A stretch of 64,000 nucleotides of DNA from NCBI RefSeq assembly GCF_964355755.1, contig NC_092678.1, forward strand, positions 4,604,422 to 4,668,421. The letters are read 5' to 3'. The stretch comes from Antedon mediterranea (taxonomy: Eukaryota > Animalia > Echinodermata). The translations under genes were made by a program, and so were the position numbers. Positions 14,301 to 26,300 of this stretch are shown in pieces. Each line of letters opens with the position of its first letter. The first letter of the stretch is position 1. The notes under the pieces are model-generated. The model was not told the DNA's origin. It did not search any database and worked only from the letters and a program-made list of their open reading frames with translations.

Positions 14301-17300
14301 ATTAAAATGCAAAACATGAAACATACAAAACTTAAATCGATTTAAGAACTTTAGACTTAAATTTGGACAAAGTGTAAAAAAAAAATTATTAATTTTATTT
14401 TTTATTTTATTTTGTTATGTTTATCATCTTCTTGCTCATACATTAAATATTAACTGCATCACGTCTGTGTTTAATTGATGATGACTATTTTTAGCCATGT
14501 TAATTCCTAGTTCTTTGTTTATGTAATTACTTTTCCATTTTGTGGTGTTCAGTGAAGTCTGCCCTCAAGGCCAAAATACAAGGAAAACAAGTAAAATTGT
14601 AGGAGAATGAGTCATAGCATAGTAACACACTGTGGACTGTGGTAGTGTAGTTGACCTGATGGATACATTTTGAAGGCAGGTAGTACCATTTGTGTTACCT
14701 GTGTACCAGTTACCTTTACCTGTGTACCAGTTGTTACCGTTACCTGTGTACCCTTTGTTACCAATCGGCCTATGTACAGGAAGTAGTTAAACGATAAGAA
14801 TCTAATCACTTGGAATTTAAATCGGATGTTTATCATAGGATTGTGTGGATTTCTTTCTGGAGTAAATATACTTTTACTATTTATTCAAGTATGTCATACC
14901 GTAATCATTTATCTAATAATATTTGTTGGTAACTTATTGAGTACAGACTATATCGGTAACATTAGGTGACATATTATAGTGTAGTTCTATCGTGGTGGTA
15001 TAAATTTTCAGTAAACCTTGTAGCTCTGTGTCACCATTTGGAGGTAAAAAATATATTTATTTTTACCTCCATGGTGTCACCTTCTAGTTACGATTGTGCC
15101 CAAATGCCAATGTGTACATTGGACCATGTTGCACAACAGTTTTCCTCGATTACGATGACAATTTTAAGAAAAAAAAAACTCACTAGGGTGAGCAGCTCTT
15201 GAGAAAGAAGAAATACAATCCTGCTGTCACATTTAAATTTTTTAATTTGAAATTAATTCATAATGTCTATCTAAGTTGAACGACCAGCCTTGGTAATTTT
15301 CTCACCTTTGGATACTTTTATTCGATTATGTATTGATTGCAGAATTTGCATTTAATGCTGTAAAATATTAAGATGCATCATTAATTATTTATGTACACAT
15401 TTTATTCTTTGTTGAAGTTCATCCGCCTCCTCTAGTTTAAATAATCTTGAGTGTAAAAGTTCATCAGCAGAGTTTTTCAAATTACAGTGTTTGATCAAAA
15501 TTGTCTTTAGGTTTTTTGTACTTCAATAACCAAGTTTTTGGCCTGTAAGATTAGAGAGCGTTCTGTTCATGTTACCTTTGATCTCTGGATTAATCCAGAG
15601 GAGTACAGACAAGTTATTCCAAAATACAGTTAGAATCCCTCCTTTCCGACACCCCTATTAAGAAGAAACCCATTTCAAGGCGACACTCTGTGTCCTAGGC
15701 CCCGTTTCTGCTGCCAAAAATATACCGTATATATACGGTATATTTTATATACGGTATATTTTTCGGCAGCAGAAATGGGTCTAATGGGTCTCATAAAAAA
15801 TATACCGTATATATATACGGTATATATACCGCATAAATATCCCCATCGTTTGTGGATATTATATGGTATATTCCAAAATATACCGTATATTTCGTACCCC
15901 GTTTCTGCTGCACTCAAAATATACCGTATATGTGACCCGGCCCATGACACGAGGTCAAAAACTAACAGAACGTGACGCGTTTGTTTGATTTTTCTGCTGC
16001 GTTACACACACGTGTATAATAAGCAAGCAACAGATCAAAATATCACTGTGGACTGAAGAAATAACTATTTTTGCAATTCAATTGTGGGGAGAAGCGAAAG
16101 TTAGGGGGAGACTACATGGCAACAGAAGAGATACCGAGATTTACAAAAGTATCTCAAACAAAATAAAAGCAGAATTTATGGTAGACTTAATAACGACAAA
16201 GTTATCGGCAAACGCCGTCGTCTTCTTTGCATAAATCTAGTCAATGCCCATTCTACATTTCTAGATTGTTTGTGCGATGTAAATTCGTTGCCACTTCTGA
16301 TCATTAGATTTAAAATAGAAAGCAATGCTACGACGTTTTGAGAAACCATCATTGTTTTGTTTTTGTCATGTAACCTCACTACACGAGACTCTAGGTCAAT
16401 CCATACTTCCGTCTCACAAAATGCATTTTGGGTATATGAAAGCCAACTTTTTTTACAGCCCACCCACGAAGTACAGTATGTGCAGCGGAAACGGTGCACG
16501 AATTTCATATACGGTATATTTATACGGTATATTTATACGGTATATTTGGGATTGGCAACAGAAACAGGGCCCTACAGGTGTCCCCAAAACAAAATAATAT
16601 TAAGAATGATGTACTCATATAGTAAATGATAACTTGTAATTACATATTAGAGTAAGGCAAACGATTACTGTCATTGCAATTTGTAGTAATTTAACTCAAT
16701 GACGTCAATTAATTACCTTGAGTGTTTTGAACTTATTTATGGACACATTTTTCAATTTGCAACGTTTTTTTGAATATTATTGATTAATTTTTTCTAGTAT
16801 CCAGATGTTTGAATTTGCTTAAAGCTAACTCAATATGAATAATTTCAAATGTACTGTATTTTAACAAAATTATAAATAGTATAATTAAATTTTTGACTGT
16901 TTAGTTATCTTTCGGTCTTTCAATTATTTTTTTTCGGTTTTTTTTTTCTTAATTCTTCCATATCGTTTTCTTCCCAATTTTCATGAACAAAAAATGAATT
17001 TTGAATTATCATAATAGCAAGAAGTAAAGAATATTTTAAGTCATATCGATACCACTGTGCTGCATACAACCTGTTGGTATTTATTCCTTTTTTTTCTAAA
17101 ATTAGTTTTTTTGTATTAAATGTGTAATACTTGCGTGCTTTGATATTTTATATCTGTCATACCTACAGTAACTATGACAAAAGAATATATAATTATAATT
17201 TTTGTCACAATGAAGGACAACCAAGCATTAATATTTTATGGTAAATTTTAAAATAGTTAAAATCAATATGTTTATGAGTTACCAATACACGTACTGTAGT

Positions 17301-20300
17301 AAGTTGTTATTATATTATCTTACTACAATACTCCCTTTGTGTACAGTAGTAGTATGGATGAGTTCTACTATCAACCACTATCATTGATTCCATTCAACTA
17401 GTTATTAAAAAAGAGATTATTTTATAGTTTTTGTCTATGAATAACAGTACTGTCAGTCTGTAGTTTTTGAATGGACGAGTAGAATTGAAAAGAAAAAAAT
17501 TAAAAAGATTTCCGTTCCATTTAAATACCACCATCAATATCAGCATTACCGGTACCTGTAATGTAATGGTTACTTTTTATGTGTACCTGAACCATTCGGT
17601 AACTTCTTTTAACATACGTACCTTCTACCATTGGCATAACAACAAATTTCTTGTCCAATATCACTTCCAATTTATCGGCATCAATGCTTTTGTTGATATC
17701 CTGTTTTTCCTTCATCCATATATCATTCATATTATATTATTTTGTCCTATTTTAACTATCCGTAAATCTTCTAAGAGCTTTAAATTAGTTTTTTTGTAGC
17801 ACAATTAAGTACACACTCTCTTATTATAATCACATAAATCTAAAGTAATGTAAAATCAAATTGAAATTCAGCATCTTCTTAAACATAATTTTATTCATAA
17901 AAACATTCACCAATAACAAAGACGTTTTTGTAATTCAGGTGATATTTGATGAATCATAATACTCACCTACTGTGAATCTTCTGGTGCCATGGCGATCATC
18001 ATAGTTTCTAATTACAATCGTTGCTAGGCGACAAATGCCAGAAGTTTAACAGACTTAAAGAAGACACATAAAGATGATGTTTTATTGAAAATTTCAGATA
18101 GATCTATAGAGCGTAAAGAAGACAGAAATTGTTGAAAGATTTGATATTTCTTAGGGCATGTATTAGGTTGCTTCAAAGTTTGGTGTAGACTCTTCTTTAA
18201 GCCTTGTCTACACTATCAAACTAGTTTGTGATGTGCGCAAATATGGTGGTGATGTGCCTAAATATGGCAGTGATATGACATCCTCATGTCCATATATGGG
18301 CACATCACATGTTGTTGTCACATCAAGTTTGATAATTCATTGTAGACAGAGTTTTACTTACAATTAAAATCGAAAGTCTCTTAATATTTACCCTTTTATT
18401 ACAAAATTAAATATCTTATAAGCTATTTTTATAATGCATATTAATTATTTCCATGTGGATAATATTATTGTTGAATATTTTTGTTTCGGTAGAAACTTCC
18501 AAATGACTGACTCCACTGTAATCTTGCTACATGGGTGGTCACACAACAGGTTAATTGTTTTGCTTGTAACTGTAGATCACAAAACAATTTACAAATGTAC
18601 TAAAAGCGTCCAAAGTGCTTTTGACTTTTCACAACTTCGCAAATAAAGTATATTCAGCATGTAGTATAGCAATATGAAAAACAAACAAACAAAACTTTTT
18701 ATTTAAAGGAGAATTTGAGATCTGTTTTATTAATAATTAATGATAAAAGATAGAACAATATTTTATCAAGATATCATTATCAAGTTTATGATAGATACAG
18801 TTATCAAATTTCATAAATACTATAGATATTATTTTTAAATGATGAACTATTCCTTGTTCAGTCGTGTTTGATATAATATATAACTACTATGTATTTAAAA
18901 ATACTGTATCTTTTAAACTAAGGAATATTAATGGGTAACATGATCAGTAAGAATCAAATCACCTATTAAGTTTAAACGTGGAGATATTTTAGTGAACGTA
19001 AATGTAGAACACTAAACCTATTAAGAACATTTAAGATCCATTAGACCAAACTTGATGTTTACTGAGAAATCTGAGATGTTACTTTGCTCTTTCTTGGATT
19101 TTGATTGTCAAAATCCAGGTTTTTTAACACTATGTTTTTAACAAAACCTTTCTCTCATTCACTTCCTTTTCAATTGAGTATCCTTTTAGACCCTATTAGT
19201 GACATCACAACCCATTGTGCATTCTAATTGGTCAATATTCCAGGTGTATTATGACATCATAATCCTACCAATAGTCAGAAAACCACTCATGCAGAAAGTC
19301 TACTAAGCTTTGTCAATCATGATGCTGTTTGTTAGGGTGAAAGGTCGTTAGGAACAGTAGGCGTGCATTCCAAAGGTTTGAGTGTTTCTGAAGGGCGAAT
19401 GGTTGACTAGAGGGAAAAATCGGAAATAACTATCCATTGTACAAACCACACATGTAGGATATACTGTATTTGGAGAACAACCGGAATTCATATTTCCTTT
19501 AATGTTATTTACCTAGTATTTTGGAATTACTACTATACACTAGACTATAGTAACAGAATTATTAGCAATACAGTATACTGACTGTATTCCACCAAACTTG
19601 TGTCTTGCTTGGATCTTATTCTTGTATGTCATTGTTAGTCTTTTATGGAATAATACAAACAAACTGAAATTGATGCTTTAGTCCAAAAGGTTAGTAGTTG
19701 TCTAGTATATTGATGCTACGTTTGTGGTAAGTTAATTGATTGTATACCCATTGTATACCACAGAAAAATGAATTTATCTGGTGATTCCAAGTTTGGAAGT
19801 AAGCACTGTAAGTGTACTTGTTACTGACTTTAATACCTGTAGATGGACTATCCCCTGTAGATTTTATTATAAGTTTTGTATTGTTTCAAGTAAGTCTGTT
19901 TCGAATAATGTGCTTAATTTTGTTTGTACACCAGACTCCAAGGTCTAAACATGTTGAACACCTTTGTCCACATAGTAAAATGTTTACTTTTTTATCTTAT
20001 TCTGATCTCAAATCCATTTATGACTTATTGAAATCAAAAACGTTGTACTGTATTACATAGAACCATTGCCAGAAAGAGGGTTTGTAATGTGTTTTCTATA
20101 TTCCATTATTCACATGCAGTAAAAAGCATACATTATTTTGTTATTATATTTTTAGTGTACAGTATTATTGACTAACCTTTCACGCTTTCTTCTGTACTGT
20201 ACTGAAATTAATTATATACAGACAAACTATTATTAGCGGAAAAGCATGAAGTCTATGTGATGTTCTTGTGATTGTCTTAAAACCACTATTTTTAATGATA

Positions 20301-23300
20301 TACGGTGTTTGTCTAAGTACTTTATCTTCCTGTTGAGTCAATTTGTAATTATGCAGGTTTTTCTACTACCTGTGTAGTATGTCAGATTTGATAGTTTCCT
20401 TCTTTGGAATCTTACACCACCGCGTGGTGCTTAAAATATCCTGTAAGTGATGATCATGTTGTTTGTGTATTCTTATCAAATGAGCGCACTAAATTAAGCG
20501 ACTTATAAATCATATCAGAATAAGAAGATAAATGTAATTTGCAAATTCAACTTTGGCTCGACTAACATTTGTCATTGTCATGCGAAGAAGAAGCATTTTT
20601 AATAATGTTCTTCTCTAAACGATATTCAAAATATAAATTACTTTAAAATAGTATAATTAGAAAATAAGAAAGAAAACGATTGTTAATCTTAAAGTTTAAT
20701 TACTGTAGTTTGGAACATTGTAAAGTGAGATGTTTCATCATTTTGGAAACATCAATTCTATTGTAGAATTACAATGTTTAAAGGTTTGATGGACAAATAA
20801 ATACTTTTTCAATTTTGGAAAAACATGGTGTTCAGCAAACTTTAATCCGAAATTCAAATACCTCAACATTTATGATTATCCATCAATTGTTAAATTACTC
20901 TTTCTATCAATTTCTTTTAATTTAATCCTTCCGTTTAATGAATAGAACAATTAATTGTCCAATAAGTACTGTAAGGTCAAAGTTCTTGCTCAAAGATTAT
21001 AGAGGTGTTAAATGCAATTGTGTCGATGTCCAAAAGTCCTTTTTAAAATAATACGACAATGACAGTATAATTATGGAGGACTTAATTCATTAAAGTTGTA
21101 CTAAAACCAAATAGCTGTGGCCAGCAATTTGCGTCAGTACTGTTGCGAAGAAAGCCCTCTATTGTTAAAATACTGTAACCCAGAATACTGTAGTTTGGTC
21201 AAAGTGCTACAAGTTGCGACAAAAGGACACATTGAAATTAATTGTGAGTTAGAATTTAACCTTAATTAAAAAAATAAAAATATTGTTTGGAGGTCTAACT
21301 GTAGATATGCTGGCAGTAACGTTCATTGTTATTTTATGTTGTTGAAGGTGAAAGTTGCAGCAGTGGTAACAAGTTTAGAAATGAAAATGAATCTCCATTT
21401 ATATGCACAAAAAGGAATCAAAATTTGTTTCTACAGTATTTGTATGTTGAAGGTGAAACGATAACCAGGAATTCTCCATTTATATGTACAGTAAAGTACA
21501 AATTAAAGTAATCACAAGTTGTTTAATGTTTTGTTCTTTAGTACAATATACTGTTGTAGAAAGATTGTTATTCCCAAAGCTAGTAAGATAATATACTGGT
21601 GTGTATGGTTTTATACCAGTGAGGCAGCAAGAGTGGGGTCACCAATTGTTTGCTGTGTAGATTTTATGGATTACAGTACTGTATTAAGAAAGGCCAGACA
21701 ATTAACAGGTGCTGTGCTATAGGAAACTCTCTGTTGATAATAATAGGTCTCACTGGTCTGTCCATAATAATACTAGTAATACAGTACCAGTATTGAATTG
21801 GTTGCTTTTACAATTCTTTCATATAATTAGTTATCCGCTTAGTAGCGGATAACTCCTTGTAATCGTCCTGTTTCATCATATTTTTTTTTTTTTTCTGTAT
21901 TATACTTATTTCCTTCCGTCATTTTTGTGCGTCGCGTTTCTCTAAAACGTGTAAACAGAACATATCGTAACTTTGTCAACATATCGACATTTACGTGAAC
22001 TTGTGCACCTCCTATTTTTGAATGACGTCAGAGTTGCGCAACGTGACTTACGCGCGATTTTATGAATTTCAATGATTGATCATAGACTGAAAACCAAACA
22101 TAATTTTGTTTTGACACTTTGTGAAAATTTAAGTTACATCAAGCGCAAACTTTCTATGGATTAAAAATAGCATCTTTCACAAAAAGTTACGCGCGCACGC
22201 GCGTTTAAAATTTTAGAGTGCGAAAAATCAACTTCTAATCAACTTTCTATGCGTTTCATGTCATTTTGAGCATGTCAAAAATTCCCACGCGCGCGAAACT
22301 TTTTACGCACGCGGTGCACACGTAGCGTTAAAAACATGCTTTTTTCGCGTGATTTATGTTTTTTCAGCCTTTTATAGTAATGTTACCAACTTTTAAACAA
22401 TTTCGACTTAAAATTACGTCATACGAGCACGTCGAATTAAATAATTTGCACGCGTTTCTGATGAAAAAGTTTAAAAATTCGTCAAAATTATGCCTATTTT
22501 TAAACAGTCATAGATTCTAAACTACATGGAGAACTTTTTTTTAATTACATATTCTGGAAGTTGATGAGTTGTAGATATCGAATCATGCATTAATATGGCT
22601 AACCGGACATTGTGACGTCATCGTATGGCCACGCGAATATAAAATATAGGATTTTTGTCTCTTTCGTCATAGCTTATCACATTTAATAGAGCGCATCTCC
22701 ACTTATTCGTTGTCCATTTTCACCCCGATTTTAATATATTCTAGGTCAGTCAACTATCTTTTGCATGAATAAAAATGTTTTTAATTTTTTTAACGTCATC
22801 ATGCCTAAAAATTTAAATTACGTTGGTCATTAATTTCATCTTTACAGTAAATTTTAATCTGTTATAGCTCGTAAGAATAAAATGTGATAATCACGATTAA
22901 AACGTTTTCAGGAAGCTATTGTATTGTAGATACAAAATCATGTGAAAATTGTGCCAATCGAATGTTGTGACGTCATCATATGGCCAGTTAAATACAAAAA
23001 GTCGTATTTTCATCTTTTGCGTTATATTTCATTACATTTAAAAGAACGCGCATCAATATTTCACGTATTCAAATTTCTACTACACGTTAATATGTTGTTG
23101 CTGAGATAATTTCATTCTGAAATTTCTACTTTTGCATTTCATTTTGAAACCGTCAAGATGTTAAAAATTACAATAAAATACGGGTCCCGTAATTTCACCT
23201 ATTTTACACTGTTTGTGATATGTATACAGATTGTACCGTGTATACTATGTATATGACACAAAATAACAGAATTCAGAAATAACAACATATCATATTCTTC

Positions 23301-26300
23301 AGTTCAGGTCATAATGCCTTAATATTTTTCTGTGTGCAATATTCTAACGTATGACGTGCACGTGGCGTTTGTCGAGCGGATAACTAACTCGTCAAAGTGA
23401 CGAGTTTCATGTCTAGTTATTTATTTTCTTTACTCTGAAAGCTGAGCTATAGTTACAATGCACTACACTAGCTTGATGATGCATAGTGATATTTAATTGG
23501 TGAGTTTCTTTGAAAATGATGTCTCCAGTTTTGCAATAACCTCTCTAGGTTTCTCTATTCTAGTTTTGATTCAACTATAATTTAATTTGAATATGGCATC
23601 AAAGAATGTTAGGTAATCCATTTCTGGACCACTAATCCGCATAAATCCTCAAGTGCTACTAATCCCTCACAGCTTTATTCATCCGTGAACATGACTTAGT
23701 CGGGACAAAATGTGATCCTTCGAAAAGGTTTTTCATCACATTTTAGTATTCACATAGATTGAGTGGATCAATCGGATTATCATGATTCGTTGAATCAAGG
23801 AGATTAAAGTAACGCCTATCTACAGTACACTGTGATTTACTCGTTGAAAGTGTCGGCATTTTTGTTCCTAGAGAGTCCTATAAGAGCCTGTAGATTCTGA
23901 TGCTGTTAATGTGTTCAGGATACTACATTATGTTGCAACTGCAGACTTGCTTCTCTCTCTCTCATCTGTTTTACAAGATAACTCAATTTTGTCTCTGATC
24001 TTCAATTAATCCTTCTGTTAATCTCCTCAATTAATAATCTGCAATAATTCGGTGTTAGTCAGCTACAGCTTCATTTCTTCATTTCTGTACCTACAAACAA
24101 ATCTCTACAATTTACAGAAAATAGGAAGAATTTTATAAAAAGTAAAAATAAAGGTCGGTATTGCTTGAGAAAATTAGCTTCTAAAATCCATATTGAAGGA
24201 ATAATAGTCCTGATTTGGTTTGTATATGCCCCATGAGGACGCCAATTCTGTTAGTGACCCATGAGGCAGGCAATTTGGTGTAGTTGATTTCCTTTTCTCT
24301 GCCATGGTCTTTCTGACAGTGTAACAATTGATTTATCCATTCCTTAAGAACAAACTACATTAAGCTGCTGTGCTGTGTAAATCAGTGTTTGCCTACAAAC
24401 TTTACGACCATGTAAAAATATTTTAATATGGGCAACTGTTACAGTAGTTTAATAGTGGTAGCGAAAATGTATTGCAATTTTGTAAAATATTTCTAGACTA
24501 TAAAACATAACATTATTTTATTACCAAAAAATGTATTATAAATAACATTACAGAGCAATTTTACACATTTAAATTGTTTGGCAACATTATTAATGTATGC
24601 TGAAATAACTTTAAATTTATATGTTCCAGTCAAAACAAGTTGACAGATCTTTTATTGTTTAATGCAATAACGTACCTGTATATATATATTTTAAAACCAA
24701 AAGCCAAAACACCCGGATGAGTCATGCTAATTAATTATTTGACAATATGTTGTTATTTGATAGAAGAAAACAATAGGTGAGGTCATTCAAATCCCCCTTT
24801 TGTCATGCTTACCTTCAGTCTGTTGTTTTGTGGAAATTACTTGTATGTAGAAATAACAATATTCATATTCACTTTCTGTTGAGTTCAATAGTATTTTATA
24901 GAAAGTGCAATCTTGTTGTAGAACGCAACTAAAACCTACTGGTTGCTTTTCTATTGCGGATATTCTGTCACATGACAATTTTTATTTTAGATTTCATTTT
25001 ATGGAGTAAAATCTATTTGTTGCATGTATTTTACAGTTATAATTATTTGTACTGTGCGAGTAAGCGGTAAGTTTATAATCTTTGGATGTTTGATAAGGGA
25101 AGAATTACAAATTATGTTATATATTGCATTATGCTGTTAGACGCTCTGCCTTCATGTTTTAGTCAAACGTTTCGTTTCTTTTTCTGTCAACTTTGCGTTA
25201 TATTTTACTTGGATGGTCATGTACAGCTTTGCTTTTTGTGTATTTCTGTATGGTTTTATTTAATTTGATGTTTTCTTTATATCTTTTAGTTACATGCAAT
25301 TGGTGGAAAGTTTGCCTACGTATGGAATTCACTATTATGAAGTTAAGGATAAAGCAGGAATACCGTGGCTGTTAGGGTTAAGTTATAAAGGCATCGGACA
25401 GTACGATCGTTTGGACAAAGTCACACCTAGAAAAGTAAGATACACAATATCAACCATTTTATACAAACTGTTGTTCACAATAGGGGGAGCTTTCAACTTT
25501 CAATAATCTACAGTACTGTAATGCATTTTGACTGTCTCAAACTGTTTCAACGTCTCAATGTCCATTCATGTGCAGTGAATTTACATGGCATAGATCTTTA
25601 GCCATTGCCTCACGACGAATACTCCCTAATTATACTTATACTATAAAGTTAAATTAGTCAACAATTAACTTTTCCAATCTAAGCAAAATTAATATTACAT
25701 AGATACAGTACAGTAGTTAAGGAAGCTAAAACTTTCCCAAAACTGTGTACAGTATGATGTGCTTTACCGCAAACCTAATTCGTATCCTCATACATTTATA
25801 ACATCATTCCTTCTATTTCCTTTCTTTGAATAATCATGATCGCAATTATTAATTGACCTTTAACCTTTTCAGGTTTTTCCTTGGAGGCAGTTACAGAACA
25901 TCTACTTCAGGGAAAAGAAGTTCTCAATTGAAGTTAACGACCCTAAAAGGTAAGCAAATGCGGTGCTGGTAAACGGCAAATGTTAGTTAATTGTCATCCT
26001 TATGTACGCTGCTATAGACACACAGTCTATAGCAATGTACATAATCAACTATATATGTAAAGAAAGCCAATTTAAACAATTTCAGCAAACTTTAATGAGA
26101 CAATATTCATTTGTTTTGAATAAAACGTATTGCTTAGTGGAATGGATAACAGATTATTTACAGTAATATGTGGGGGAGGAGAGGGGGAAAGGTACAATAG
26201 GAGAAGCATGTCTGATGCATTTTGACTGTTGCATTTTAATAATATTAACATATTTTGTGCTATGTTTGAGTATACCGTATTGCAGAGGACCTATTATTAA

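Larger units (their letters stand above)
9115..18032 (-). pseudogene. Decayed multi-exon gene nested antisense in the 16-kb FRMD4 intron (product unidentified)
   Basis: Minus-strand exon-like blocks with acceptors/donors and protein-like but stop- or frameshift-broken frames. 17839-17622 ends AAG|gtacgt. 15542-15306 runs tcttacag|...AAG|gtgaga (LKTILIKHCNLKNSADELLHSRLFKLEEADELQQRIKCVHK*). About 13030-12715 reads SLQEYLYLPYMLAVFN...DKDRLWEAIAP. An Asp-rich block ends at 11081|gtaagt (KNDSSDEDKDDIVKDDGDDEYDNEI). Further blocks: 10551-10428, 10371-ca.9985, ca.9620-9120 (DYPRIQVVGKGEGANRGYIILFLEKNVLVHAFRFQNGWEDRHLGQIL). Confidence 0.55.

Noticed and set aside
16100-16510. ORF remnants inside the TIR element as a transposase or integrase
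   Set aside because: No catalytic or DNA-binding motif is recognizable.
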